This document shows positions 1 through 10,432 of a DNA stretch of 64,000 nucleotides, piece by piece; position 1 is the stretch's first letter, and each line of letters begins with the position of its first letter. The stretch lies in the IMG/VR virus record IMGVR_UViG_3300036770_003943, positions 62,001 to 126,000 of that record. One strand, written 5' to 3'. The notes under the pieces are model-generated. The model searched no databases. It was not told the origin of the DNA and saw only the letters and a program-made list of their open reading frames with translations. Both the position numbers and the translations under genes were made by a program.

Positions 1-76
1 AAGACAAGACAAATGATTACATCTAGCAGAATTATCAATAAGTTTAATAATTTTTATACTTGGGTAGACAAGAAGA

Positions 77-466
77 ATGGCAGCGACGATAATACCATTT
101 CCGAAGAGCGAGTCGGCACTTAAAAAAGCTCGCAGCTTGGACCTTTATTACTGCTGGGACAGCAGGCTTAATAATCCTTTACTCAACAGCATATACCGTC
201 AAGAAACTAGTTATGTAGAAAGATGGTTTCTACAAAGTCAATACTTATTAAATCAAGAAGAACTAGACCATCCCATCATGAAACAATTATTAACCAAAGA
301 AGATAATACCCTAAGTTTACTTATTGATGTTACAGAAAAAGATTTAGCTGTTCAAAGATATTTTAGTGATGTAATTAATTATGACAGTGTTACAGTTAAT
401 GTTAATAAGCTAAACAGATGGATGGCTAAGTGGCAATGTCTACAACAATATCGTCAACGACGCTAA
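77..466 (+). CDS. hypothetical protein (129 aa)
   Basis: Intact ATG ORF; converges on and overlaps the 426-1064 gene by 41 nt; no motif recognised. Confidence 0.55.
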   Translation: MAATIIPFPKSESALKKARSLDLYYCWDSRLNNPLLNSIYRQETSYVERWFLQSQYLLNQEELDHPIMKQLLTKEDNTLSLLIDVTEKDLAVQRYFSDVINYDSVTVNVNKLNRWMAKWQCLQQYRQRR

Positions 467-1064
467 AAGCCTTAGTGCCAATGTGAAGTAATTCGGCAGT
501 TGTTTTTACGTCTAGCCAAGCTGTTATGTTTTTAGCTAACACTTTTCTAAAAAACTCTATATCTTCACCGGTATATTGCATTTGATTAGGATGAAACGCT
601 ATCTCAAACCATGGTAATTCGATTTCATCAAACACAGTAATTTTGATTAGACAAAACCCCAAGGCCATACATTCAACGGGTATATGACTTTCGGTCTGTT
701 CAGCTACATCTATATAACTTTCCCAAGCGTCAATTTTATGCCAAGCTGTAGTAATATAAGGTTCAACTCTTTTACTATAAGCAGCACCCACTAGATCTTC
801 ATCAAATTGAATAAGATTTAAAACATGTTCAGGCTCAAATTGAATGTCACTGTCAATGAATAAAACATGCGTAGCTCCCCACTCATAAGCACACATTACT
901 AGTTCATGTCTTTGATTTACGATTAATGTGCCTGGACATAAAAACAATCTATGTTCAATTTCATTTTTAGTTAAGAACTCACTGAGATTATACATGCTAT
1001 AGGCAAAGGCACTATGTACAGTATCTCTCGCTGGTACACAAACAGCAATTTTTACTTGATTCAT
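426..1064 (-). CDS. GT-A fold (GT2-like) glycosyltransferase
   Basis: N-terminal IAVCVPARD, DxD motif LFIDSDI, late GEDxxF motif (TGEDIEFF). Confidence 0.75.
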   Translation of the reverse strand: MNQVKIAVCVPARDTVHSAFAYSMYNLSEFLTKNEIEHRLFLCPGTLIVNQRHELVMCAYEWGATHVLFIDSDIQFEPEHVLNLIQFDEDLVGAAYSKRVEPYITTAWHKIDAWESYIDVAEQTESHIPVECMALGFCLIKITVFDEIELPWFEIAFHPNQMQYTGEDIEFFRKVLAKNITAWLDVKTTAELLHIGTKAFSVVDDIVVDIAT

Positions 1065-1597
1065 TTTACAGGTTTAAGAATAATACGTTGCTTGTTTAAG
1101 TTATTAGCAGTTTCGGTAGGTACTATACCAATCTCAGTTTCTGCTTTAACTGTAGCATTTTTTACTAGATTGGCCAACTTCAAACTATTCTGAATAGTTT
1201 TAATGTAACTTTCTTCGGGCAATCGAATTAACTTGGTCATAGTGTCTTCACTGAGTTTATCATTAACTAATAATTCAACAGCAGCAATTTTACCTAGTAG
1301 ATCAATCCAATAGTTTTCTTCGTAGGCCTGCCAATTTTTAACTACTCTTAGCATTTCTTGAATATTTTGTTGTTCTAAGTACTCTACTAACAAATCGTGT
1401 TCTTCTTTGAGGCATGTCTTTTCGTAGACAGGCAATTTAGAGTTAGCTAAATCACTGGTAATTTTTCTAACTCGATTAACGAGGCTAATGTAAAAACGTG
1501 CTTTACCTACTCCAGTATTTCCTCGGAAGTTTTCAAACTCGTAGCTACTTTCTACGTGATGCGGTGTTATTTCAAATAGTTCTTTTAATGATATCAT
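1061..1597 (-). CDS. hypothetical helical phage protein
   Basis: 178-aa ORF with 4-nt ATGA overlaps to both neighbours (translational coupling). Confidence 0.7.
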   Translation of the reverse strand: MISLKELFEITPHHVESSYEFENFRGNTGVGKARFYISLVNRVRKITSDLANSKLPVYEKTCLKEEHDLLVEYLEQQNIQEMLRVVKNWQAYEENYWIDLLGKIAAVELLVNDKLSEDTMTKLIRLPEESYIKTIQNSLKLANLVKNATVKAETEIGIVPTETANNLNKQRIILKPVK

Positions 1598-2190
1598 AAA
1601 TGTAAACCAGTTAGAGTTTTGTCGTCGCCAATATATCCGACAGGAAAGGTATTAAATGCTAAACTTATTCTTGTTTTTTCATTTTCCACTGGCGGCACAT
1701 GATGACCAGTAGAACTTGGAAAAACTAAACAACTATACTGAGTAACAGGATACCACCAACTCGGACTATTAAACACATTGAATTCTTTTGCTGGTATGTC
1801 TAATTGTTTCCAAGAATCTTTATGGAAGTATATACGATCTGAATCGCTGGTTTGAATATAAAATACACCACTTAGAAAACTGTTTGGATGAGCATGTTTA
1901 TGATGGAATTGACCTTTTTCACTATAATTAAACCAGGTTTGAGTCAATCGAAGACGAATATCTTTTTCTGGACAATATAGTTGTGTGAAATATGTGTCCA
2001 CACAAAACTGTACAAATTGTTTAATGTTATTGTGTTCAGGCAAATCTAAAACATAATTATTTTTGCTAGTTGTATTGCCTTCATTTGGGCTACGTTCCAT
2101 ATCAACAATACTTTTAAGTTGTTCATCAGATATGATTTCAGTATACTGAAAAATACCAATGGGGGTGGGCCAAAGACTAAGCGTTTCCAT
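1594..2190 (-). CDS. putative 2OG-Fe(II) oxygenase (TIGR02466-like)
   Basis: LWPTPI N-terminus, TQTWFN, HxHxH-PNSFLSGVFYI, distal HHV and RISLAFN motifs. Confidence 0.8.
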   Translation of the reverse strand: METLSLWPTPIGIFQYTEIISDEQLKSIVDMERSPNEGNTTSKNNYVLDLPEHNNIKQFVQFCVDTYFTQLYCPEKDIRLRLTQTWFNYSEKGQFHHKHAHPNSFLSGVFYIQTSDSDRIYFHKDSWKQLDIPAKEFNVFNSPSWWYPVTQYSCLVFPSSTGHHVPPVENEKTRISLAFNTFPVGYIGDDKTLTGLHL

Positions 2191-2239
2191 ATAAATCCTT
2201 TATATGTAATTATTCTGCTTAGTCTTAATTTAAACTAGG

Positions 2240-3634
2240 TTAACTGAAGGTAACTGTACCGCTTCCAGCTGTGACACTGTATATCTTAAAACCAGCTACA
2301 GTAAAATCATCTAAGCTACTAGTGACCCCAGAACTAAATGTTGCTGTATAAGTATCGGCAATCCTAAGAATAATTATACCATCTGCACCATTACCAGCTG
2401 ACTTATATCCAGATGTAGGCGACGTCGAGTATCCGCCAGCACCCCCGCCACCTCCTGTATTAGCAACTCCTGCTAGACCAATACCACTCGGCCTGTCTAT
2501 ATATCCGCCTGGGCTTCGTGTTGTATTTCCATCAACAGTAACATATGCTGGATTAGGTTGTGGGGTTATGTATTGTCCGGTCCCTCCACTACCACCACCT
2601 GCATACCATACATCTACGCCTGTAATGTCTATTCTTAGCCCATCTCCTCCACTTGGAACAGCCCCAGCACTACCTGCGCCACCACCGCCACCACTAGTAC
2701 CACCGAGGCCTGGAGAAAATCCTGGGTAAATGCCAAAAGGAGATGACGTATTTATTCCAGCAGAAGATGCCATTGCTCCTCCTTTATTTCCTTGTCCTCG
2801 AAATTGAGTTGATAATTGAATACTTTCTCCTGCTTCGCCTCCTTCATTTATTGTTGTTGGATTTGGACTACCGATGTACCAATGTGCGCCACCGCCTCCA
2901 GATCCTCCAGCAAGGCCGGACATTGCCCCTTTTCCAATCTCATTGGCCGAGAAGGCACCACCACCTCCGCCCCCGCCACCAAGTGCCCGGATTGAAGATA
3001 GTATACTTGCAGTGCCTGATTTACCTGTACGACGATACTGACTTCCTCGTACTAGACTATAATTGTAAGCATAATCTGCTGTAGTTAAACTTGGAGTATT
3101 GTCTTCGTAGGTGCCACCACCTTTACCTATAGATATAGGATATGATTGATTTAAAGTAAAGTAATCACTTTCGTATACTAGGCCACCAGCACCACCACCG
3201 CCCCCGTTAATTGCTCCTGCACCACCGCCCCCTACAACTAAATAGGTGACTAACAATCGATTTGAAGTCGACGAACTACTGATATTACTACTAGCACTAG
3301 TGCCCGTGTCTAAATTCCAAGTTTCTCCTGCTGCTAGAGTAATTTTATGTGTTTGTCTTTGCGTGCCACTATTATCATATTTGATTATAAAATCATGGCT
3401 TACAGTATCTAAATTGTGGATAAAGATAGATTTAACAATACGCCTTGTACCGCTGCCTGGGGCAGTAGCTAAATCAACATCCAATGTGTCATCAAATGCC
3501 CCATCTCTACTGCCTTCTGTAAAAGCACTGCCAGTATTATCTGCATAGGAAACTACAAATTCTGGCATAGAGGTTGTACTTGATTCTAGCATTGAACCAA
3601 CTATTTTTTTAACTGTACTATCTAAAATAAACAT
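2240..3634 (-). CDS. glycine-rich putative adhesin/virion protein (paralogue of 3644-5218)
   Basis: ~110-aa N-domain shared with 3644-5218 and 5221-5559, followed by YLVVGGGGAG and repeated poly-Gly motifs; C-terminus shared with 3644-5218. Confidence 0.7.
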   Translation of the reverse strand: MFILDSTVKKIVGSMLESSTTSMPEFVVSYADNTGSAFTEGSRDGAFDDTLDVDLATAPGSGTRRIVKSIFIHNLDTVSHDFIIKYDNSGTQRQTHKITLAAGETWNLDTGTSASSNISSSSTSNRLLVTYLVVGGGGAGAINGGGGGAGGLVYESDYFTLNQSYPISIGKGGGTYEDNTPSLTTADYAYNYSLVRGSQYRRTGKSGTASILSSIRALGGGGGGGGAFSANEIGKGAMSGLAGGSGGGGAHWYIGSPNPTTINEGGEAGESIQLSTQFRGQGNKGGAMASSAGINTSSPFGIYPGFSPGLGGTSGGGGGAGSAGAVPSGGDGLRIDITGVDVWYAGGGSGGTGQYITPQPNPAYVTVDGNTTRSPGGYIDRPSGIGLAGVANTGGGGGAGGYSTSPTSGYKSAGNGADGIIILRIADTYTATFSSGVTSSLDDFTVAGFKIYSVTAGSGTVTFS

Positions 3635-3643
3635 TATTATTCC

Positions 3644-5218
3644 TTAGGTAAATGTAACAGTGCCGCTACCATTTGTGACACTATATATTTTAAAACCTGC
3701 TACGCTTGTACTCAAACTGCTAGTGACCCCGGAACTAAATGTTGCTGTGAAAGTATTAGGAATCCGTATTATTATGACACCTGATCCACCGTCGCCTGCT
3801 AGGCTATAAAATGTTCCAGGAGAAGGGAAAATATTAGCGTCAGCAGATACACCACCTCCACCACCCCCTCCACCACCACCTGTATTAGCAGTTCCAGAAG
3901 TGGCATTGAAACCTGAAGTATTAGAAGGAGTAGAAGAACTACCTGGAGAAAAGGCATTTCTGTACATCAATAATCCATTTCCTCCACCCCCAGGGCCACC
4001 TGATCCTGGCCTATTAGCAGTCCATATATTTGACGGATTCCATCCTGGGCTTGATGGTACATATCCACCACCGATCGGTGAATAATCAGAATCTCCGCCC
4101 CCTCCACCACCTGCATAGGTCACTGGGGTTCCAGTAATAGTAGAATCCTTGCCCCCACCACCGTAAAGAATATTGCCTGCTGAGCCAGCACCGCCGCCCC
4201 CTCCAATTACAAAAGAATATCCTGAAGGAAATGCGTTTGCTGCTCCACTAGGAGCATAAGTCGGTGTACCTGTATTCTTTGGGCCTGCAAGATGCCCTCG
4301 ATTACCAAAACCTCCAAAAGGGCCCTGGTGCTGAATAGAATCTACCAAATACGCAAAAGCAGTTGGTTCTGTGGTTGCAGGGCTCACAATGTCTGGCAAA
4401 AAACCTGCGCCAGTGGATCCACCTTTGCTAACACTCACTTCATTATATATTAATTGCGTATCTGAAACTGAACCAGGATAGGTTGTCCGATATGAATTCC
4501 AATAACTGCCAGCGCCCCCACCACCCCCAAAAGCAATAATCGGTAAATTTCCTGTGCCTAGTACGCTATCTTCTCCGTTCTTTCCTGAAGTATTACTAGC
4601 AGTATTAATTGTATTCTGAGCTCCGCTATAATTCCACACCCCAGCTGCTCCGCCTGCTCCAACTTTGAGTGGATAAGCTCTTCCTAGTTCCAATGAGATT
4701 AGACCTTCAACAAACCCTCCGGCGCCTCCACCTCCACCAAGTAAGCCAGGCTTTAATGTGTTACTAGGTGCGTAAGTTCCGTATGGGGGGGTTCCGCTAC
4801 CGCCCCCACCACCCCCTCCTACCACTAGATATTGAACTGGTAAGTAGGTGCCTGTAGTAACTGCAGAACTAGTTGAACTAACTGTGTTTGTGTCTAAATT
4901 CCATGTTTCACCTGATCCTAATGTAAATTTATGAGTGTGTCTTTGAGTGCCGTTATTGTCATACTTTATTGTAAATGTATGGCTAACAGTATCCTTATTA
5001 TAAATGAATAAACTTTTTACCACTCTGCGTGTACTATTAGCCGGTGCAGAAACTAAGGTTACATCACTTGTGCCATTAAAGGTTCCGTCGGTGCTACCTT
5101 CAGTAAAAGCACTTCCGGTATTATCGGCATAGGCCACAGTAAATTCTGGTTGATTAGTAGTGACTGATGAAGCTAATACTGCTAATAGTGATTTAGTAGT
5201 TGTATCTAAAATAAACAT
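3644..5218 (-). CDS. glycine-rich putative adhesin/virion protein
   Basis: Same N-domain, YLVVGGGGGGG, AGGGGGG, NTGGGGGGGG, and GSGVIIIR motifs. Confidence 0.7.
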   Translation of the reverse strand: MFILDTTTKSLLAVLASSVTTNQPEFTVAYADNTGSAFTEGSTDGTFNGTSDVTLVSAPANSTRRVVKSLFIYNKDTVSHTFTIKYDNNGTQRHTHKFTLGSGETWNLDTNTVSSTSSAVTTGTYLPVQYLVVGGGGGGGSGTPPYGTYAPSNTLKPGLLGGGGGAGGFVEGLISLELGRAYPLKVGAGGAAGVWNYSGAQNTINTASNTSGKNGEDSVLGTGNLPIIAFGGGGGAGSYWNSYRTTYPGSVSDTQLIYNEVSVSKGGSTGAGFLPDIVSPATTEPTAFAYLVDSIQHQGPFGGFGNRGHLAGPKNTGTPTYAPSGAANAFPSGYSFVIGGGGGAGSAGNILYGGGGKDSTITGTPVTYAGGGGGGDSDYSPIGGGYVPSSPGWNPSNIWTANRPGSGGPGGGGNGLLMYRNAFSPGSSSTPSNTSGFNATSGTANTGGGGGGGGGGVSADANIFPSPGTFYSLAGDGGSGVIIIRIPNTFTATFSSGVTSSLSTSVAGFKIYSVTNGSGTVTFT

Positions 5219-5220
5219 TA

Positions 5221-5559
5221 TTAATCCTTAAATGTGTATGTTTCCCCGGCTGCTAGTGTTATTTTTCTAAATACTCTTTGTGTGCCATTATTATCGTATT
5301 TTAGTGTAACTGTTACACTAGCTGTATCTTTATTATATATGAAAATATTTCTAACTAATCTTCTAGTAGAACTAGCTGGAGCAGAAACTAGTGTTATATC
5401 AGTGGTGTTATTCAGCACACCATCAGTACTACCTTCGGTAAAATCGCTACCATTATTATCTGCCCAAGCTACAGCGAAATCTGGTTGTGTACTAGTAACA
5501 TTGGCAGAAAGAACTGCCTTTAAACTTTTTGTTGTACTATCTAAAATAAGTAATTTCAT
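5221..5559 (-). CDS. small beta-rich virion protein; stand-alone copy of the N-domain of the two Gly-rich proteins
   Basis: ILDSTTKSL..QPDF.V.WADN.GS.FTEGSTDG..RLVRNIFIYNKDT..KYDNNGTQR aligns by eye with both paralogues; ATGA overlap with 5556-8795. Confidence 0.75.
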   Translation of the reverse strand: MKLLILDSTTKSLKAVLSANVTSTQPDFAVAWADNNGSDFTEGSTDGVLNNTTDITLVSAPASSTRRLVRNIFIYNKDTASVTVTLKYDNNGTQRVFRKITLAAGETYTFKD

Positions 5560-8500
5560 GATAAAAACATCGAATAAGCATTGGCTGATGAACTCGATCC
5601 ACCTCCACCTGTAGCACTAATCGTCACGCTACCTGTACCAGCACTTACGCTAATTCCACTTCCTGCTGTGATGCTAGTTACACCGCTGTTAGCTATAGTT
5701 ACAGCCGTTGAACCGTTATAACTGGTTCCAGATAAACCTGTGCCTATTGTTAATGTTGCTAGATTGTTCCCAAGCGTAATACCTGAAATAGTACTGGCTG
5801 CTAACTTACTAACTGCTATGGCAGCACTGGCATTGATATCACTATTTACAATAGTTCCATCGGCTATCATAGTACTAGTAACTGTTCCAGTATCCCCGGT
5901 AGTTACTAATGTACCAGTAGTAGCAGGAATAGTTACAATTACTCCAGAGCCTGCAGTTGATGTGGCTTTAAGATTTAAACTACCGCTAGTAGAGCCACTT
6001 AGGTTTAGGCCGCCTCCGCCGATTGTTGGGGTAGTTAGGCTAGGACTATTGGCAAACACTAATGCTCCGCTGCCAGTTTCATCACTGATTACACCGGCTA
6101 ATTCAGCGCTGGTTGTAGCAGACAACGCACTTAATTTATTACTAGTATAAACAACCGTGCCGCCAGTACCAAATGCAACCGAACTGCCATCAGTGCCAGT
6201 AAATGTCAGTGTATTACTGGCCGTTAAAGTTTTTCCATCCGCTATAGTTAATGTAGATCCAGTTGCTGGTGCTGTAATTGACACTTTGTTAATGCTTGTG
6301 GCACTAGCAACACCTAATGTTGGAGTAACTAAAGTCGGACTAGTTGCTAATACTATTGCTCCTGAACCAGTGGTTCCATTACTTAAATTAGCAGCAGAAA
6401 TTTGACTACCATTAATATGTACTGCGCCTACATCAATAGTTCCTAATGTTCCTGAAACAACTTCGGAAGAAATACTAGCATCAGGAACGAAAATAAACTT
6501 ACCTGTACTGTCATCAAAACCAAAAAAACCAATCTTAGCAGTGCTACCGTTATGCCATTGGAATGAAATACCTCTATCTTTATTGTCGTCGGTTACTGGT
6601 GCTGCGCCTCCAGTAGAACCTCCTATATCAATAATAGGATCAACTATCGTACTTACTGTAGAATTGACTGTGGTAGTTGTGCCGCTAACAGTTAGATTTC
6701 CACCGACTATCACATTTCCAGAGGTGCTTATACCTGCCGCATTAACTGTGCCTGTTAAAGTAGGACTATTGGCAAACACTAATGCTCCGCTGCCAGTTTC
6801 ATCACTGATTACACTGGCTAATTCAGCACTGGTTGTAGCAGCGAAATCGCTTAGTTTATTACTTGTATATGCTACTGTGCCGCCAGTACCAAATGCAACC
6901 GAACTGCCATCAGTGCCAGTAAATGTCAGTGTATTACTGGCCGTTAAAGTTTTTCCATCCGCTATAGTTAATGTAGATCCAGTTGCTGGTTCTGTAATTG
7001 CTAATTTATTAATACTTGTAGCACTAGCAACACCTAATATTGGGGTAATTAGACTAGGACTATTGGCAAACACTAATGCTCCGCTGCCAGTTTCATCACT
7101 GATTACACTGGCTAATTCAGCACTGGTTGTAGCAGAGAAATCGCTTAATTTATTGCTAGTTAAGGCTACTGTTCCTGAACTATCTTGAATTGTTAATGTC
7201 CTAGTTGTTCCAGTTGTAATTCCTGAAAGTTGAAATTGTAATTTTTTAGTTGCGTCTCCGTCGTCGGCAAAATAGGTAGTACTATCTTGTAGTGTTTTAT
7301 TTGTTAGAGTTTGTACTCCGTCTGTAGTTACAACCGTATTATCAATAGCTATGGTTATTCCAGTACTACCATTGTAGCTAGTACCTGACAGGCCTGTACC
7401 AATGGTTAAGGCATTTAGATTATTGCCTAATGTTACACCAGAAATTGTGTTAGCCGCTAGTTTACTTACTTCAATAGCAGCAGTAGTACTAATATCAGCA
7501 TTGACTATACTACCAGTTAGGTTTAATTTGCTATAAGCAATCGCAGCACTGGCATTTACATCAGCATTGACTATACCATCAGTTAGGTTTAATTTGCTAT
7601 AAGCAATCGCAGCACTGGCATTTACATCAGCATTGACTATAGTCCCATCTTCGATCATAGTACTGGTAACTGATCCTGTATCGCCTGTAGTAACTACAGT
7701 ACCAGTTGTAGCTGGAAATGTTATTGTATTAGTACCGGCTATAGCTGCAGCTGATAATGTAATAGTTCCACTAGTACTTCCGTTTAATAATAAATTTTTA
7801 CCGGCCGCTAACGCTAAATGTTCGCTACTAGTCCAAGCATCGGTGGCATCAATCCAATTAAATGTTTTATCTGTAGCGCCTTTTAATGTAATACCACCAC
7901 CATCTGCTGTAGTATCTGTTGGTGTGGCAACATCTCCCAATACAATGTTTTTATCATCTACGCTTATAGTTGTAGAATTAATTGTAGTGGTTGTACCATT
8001 AACTGTAAGATCTCCGCTTACTGTAAGATTATTAAAGGTAACATTATCTGTTGTTGCTACTGGTTGACCGATCGCTATGCTGCCACTGGTGATTGTCACA
8101 CCAGTGCCTGCTGTAAAATGAGCACGAACTTCGCTGGCACTTGGGCCAGTGTAGGTAATTACACCAGTCGAGCTATCATATGATAACGATCCATCTCCAC
8201 CGGCATCAGTTACACTGATTGCTGCTCTAGCATCACTGTCGGTATATTGTGTTATTGAACTAGCAAAAGAAATACTTTTCGGAGAAGCACTGGCGTTAGT
8301 AGTAATTGTCATTCCACTGCCAGCTACAAACTCAACTGTGTCCAATCCTGATGCTACTAAACTAGTTTGACCAGCAACTTGCCATGTTTTAAATGTGCTG
8401 TTCATTAAAATTTTCACAGCGCCACTACCTAAATCAACTACATCAAAACCCGAATCAGTGTCAAATCTAATAGCATTAACGCCAGAAATTTCCCCCGATA

Positions 8501-8795
8501 ACGTGCCAGCGGTGTCTATTTTACCAATGGTCAATGATGTTCCAGCTGTTGGCCCCGTGTAACTAATTACTCCAGTTGAATTATCATAAGAAATATCTCC
8601 TTCTCCGCTAACTTTTGTTACACTAATGGCTGCTCGGGCCCGATCATCTCTATAACTTAGTTCGACAACCGTACCATCTCCCTTTTCAGCAAAGAGCTTG
8701 CCATCAGCAGTGTTTATGGCTAATTCTCCAAGTTCTAGTTGAGCTGCGGTTGGGACTACCCCGGATGTCGAAGAATTTTTAATAATAATGGCCAT
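5556..8795 (-). CDS. tail fibre-like protein (1079 aa)
   Basis: N-terminal LELGELAINTADGKLF anchor motif, Thr/Ser/Gly-rich, NLTVSGTTTTVNS fibre motifs, internal duplications. Confidence 0.8.
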   Translation of the reverse strand: MAIIIKNSSTSGVVPTAAQLELGELAINTADGKLFAEKGDGTVVELSYRDDRARAAISVTKVSGEGDISYDNSTGVISYTGPTAGTSLTIGKIDTAGTLSGEISGVNAIRFDTDSGFDVVDLGSGAVKILMNSTFKTWQVAGQTSLVASGLDTVEFVAGSGMTITTNASASPKSISFASSITQYTDSDARAAISVTDAGGDGSLSYDSSTGVITYTGPSASEVRAHFTAGTGVTITSGSIAIGQPVATTDNVTFNNLTVSGDLTVNGTTTTINSTTISVDDKNIVLGDVATPTDTTADGGGITLKGATDKTFNWIDATDAWTSSEHLALAAGKNLLLNGSTSGTITLSAAAIAGTNTITFPATTGTVVTTGDTGSVTSTMIEDGTIVNADVNASAAIAYSKLNLTDGIVNADVNASAAIAYSKLNLTGSIVNADISTTAAIEVSKLAANTISGVTLGNNLNALTIGTGLSGTSYNGSTGITIAIDNTVVTTDGVQTLTNKTLQDSTTYFADDGDATKKLQFQLSGITTGTTRTLTIQDSSGTVALTSNKLSDFSATTSAELASVISDETGSGALVFANSPSLITPILGVASATSINKLAITEPATGSTLTIADGKTLTASNTLTFTGTDGSSVAFGTGGTVAYTSNKLSDFAATTSAELASVISDETGSGALVFANSPTLTGTVNAAGISTSGNVIVGGNLTVSGTTTTVNSTVSTIVDPIIDIGGSTGGAAPVTDDNKDRGISFQWHNGSTAKIGFFGFDDSTGKFIFVPDASISSEVVSGTLGTIDVGAVHINGSQISAANLSNGTTGSGAIVLATSPTLVTPTLGVASATSINKVSITAPATGSTLTIADGKTLTASNTLTFTGTDGSSVAFGTGGTVVYTSNKLSALSATTSAELAGVISDETGSGALVFANSPSLTTPTIGGGGLNLSGSTSGSLNLKATSTAGSGVIVTIPATTGTLVTTGDTGTVTSTMIADGTIVNSDINASAAIAVSKLAASTISGITLGNNLATLTIGTGLSGTSYNGSTAVTIANSGVTSITAGSGISVSAGTGSVTISATGGGGSSSSANAYSMFLS
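6157..6990. repeat. internal 114-bp identical direct repeat (6157-6270 and 6877-6990; offset 720)
   Basis: Direct comparison of the two segments. Confidence 0.85.
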
Positions 8796-8813
8796 GTTTA
8801 TATTCCTTTATCA

Positions 8814-8820
8814 TATTTAT
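8814..8820 (-). promoter_or_regulatory. T4-type late promoter ATAAATA
   Basis: Motif 19 nt upstream of the 8795 ATG. Confidence 0.65.
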
Positions 8821-8832
8821 CATTGAATTAAT

Positions 8833-10431
8833 TTAGATAATTTTTTTGATTCTATTTCTCGGATAGACCGATCCCGAGCTAGGACGAACCCAATAATTTC
8901 TTTTAGGAAACACGCTACCTGTTTCCACTCTTTCTTTGTAGTAGTACAAATAACGATTAACTGACCCTTGTAAACTGGTAAAATCAGCGCCACCACCTCC
9001 AGTATCAGTAATTTGATTAGTTTTAGCATAATCAATTATATAAGATCTTGCCTGTGCTTGTGTCATACTAGGATATATTTCTAAAGCACAAGCTAAAACT
9101 CCGCAAACTTGTGGACTTGCCATACTTGTTCCAGAGTATCGATCTATGTTATAGCTAGCGTTCCTAGAATCTGTAGTTCCTCCACTATTCACACTGCTCA
9201 TTATGCCTGATCCTGGAGCATATACATCAACTCTAGGACCACACATACTAAATGAAGATTTTGTTTCAGCACTGGTTGTGCCAATTGAACCGACACACAG
9301 CATATTAGGAGTAGCACTAGGAGCACCTCCTTGATGATAGGGTACTGCATAACCTGACCATACATAAAAATTGTTATAGTCTTGACCAGCTGGTACATCA
9401 ATTTTACCATAAAAATTACTAGCAGCTCCTACCATTAAAATACCATCATTCATGGCATCTGTGATATCTGCTTCTAAAGCACTGTATCTAGCCAAGGTAT
9501 AAGCATTTACTCCGTTATTAAAAATTCCATAATTTAACAAAGTAGCTTGATCATAAGGAGCTCCTCCAACATATGCTCCTCGATAAAATATATTAGTGAT
9601 ATCATTGATTGACAAAGTATACGTGTAACCCCAGCTATTATTACAAATAGTTGGGTTTCGTCGACCAGTTACTGGATTAGTACTCTTATTGGCATGAAAA
9701 GCTCTAATATAATCAAAAATCAATAAATCGCTTAGAGCATTTACATCAGTTCCATAAGGAGTAATATTATATATGTTTGCTTTCCTAGCCCAGCCTTGAC
9801 TATTACCTGCTACGGTACCGGCAACATGTGCTCCGTGATTATTATCTCCTATAGCATCTGCTGAACTATAAGGTCCGTAAAGATAGGTTCCGGTTCCTGA
9901 TCCTAAATTATGTTGAAACCAGTTATACTGAATTACTCTTGATCCCCCCGAACCATCATTATTTACTGCGAACTCAGGATGATTTGGATTAACAATTCCG
10001 TCGACAATGACCACATCAACATTTCTGCCTTCACTGGTAACGGTTACTGTTCCTGATTGATTCGCTGTTCCGTCTGTGCCCCAACTGCTACGTTGTTGAC
10101 CTTCAGTACAACGTAATAGTGCCCAATTTTTATCTGTACTATTTAGGCCGCTTTTGCTCCAACTGTTACTTGAATCCGTCCACATTGGGCGTGCTACAAT
10201 ACCTAACTCAGCTGGAGTAAGTTCAACTGCTGCTACCCGGGAATCATTTTTTAGTTGAACAGCTTCCTCTTCAGACAGCATGTAGTGTGTATTTCTGCTG
10301 ATTGGTCTACGTAGTGCCAGATCTACCTTACGATTTGGAATATACAAAGAACCCCCAGGTGATTCCATGTCGTCATAGAAATTATCTAAATCTTCAAATT
10401 GATGTAAAGTGATTACGTATTCTTTTAACAT
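8833..10431 (-). CDS. subtilisin-like serine protease (peptidase S8) with N-terminal prodomain
   Basis: Catalytic triad motifs VDVVIVDG, NHGAHVAGT, SGTSMASPQV; VDVYAPG. Confidence 0.92.
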   Translation of the reverse strand: MLKEYVITLHQFEDLDNFYDDMESPGGSLYIPNRKVDLALRRPISRNTHYMLSEEEAVQLKNDSRVAAVELTPAELGIVARPMWTDSSNSWSKSGLNSTDKNWALLRCTEGQQRSSWGTDGTANQSGTVTVTSEGRNVDVVIVDGIVNPNHPEFAVNNDGSGGSRVIQYNWFQHNLGSGTGTYLYGPYSSADAIGDNNHGAHVAGTVAGNSQGWARKANIYNITPYGTDVNALSDLLIFDYIRAFHANKSTNPVTGRRNPTICNNSWGYTYTLSINDITNIFYRGAYVGGAPYDQATLLNYGIFNNGVNAYTLARYSALEADITDAMNDGILMVGAASNFYGKIDVPAGQDYNNFYVWSGYAVPYHQGGAPSATPNMLCVGSIGTTSAETKSSFSMCGPRVDVYAPGSGIMSSVNSGGTTDSRNASYNIDRYSGTSMASPQVCGVLACALEIYPSMTQAQARSYIIDYAKTNQITDTGGGGADFTSLQGSVNRYLYYYKERVETGSVFPKRNYWVRPSSGSVYPRNRIKKII

Positions 10432-10432
10432 T

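Noticed and set aside
426-466. 41-nt convergent overlap of ORF 77-466 and the GT gene
   Set aside because: Common in compact phage genomes; no additional signal
5218-5223. Programmed frameshift or readthrough fusing 5221-5559 to 3644-5218
   Set aside because: No slippery site; a fusion would merely duplicate the N-domain
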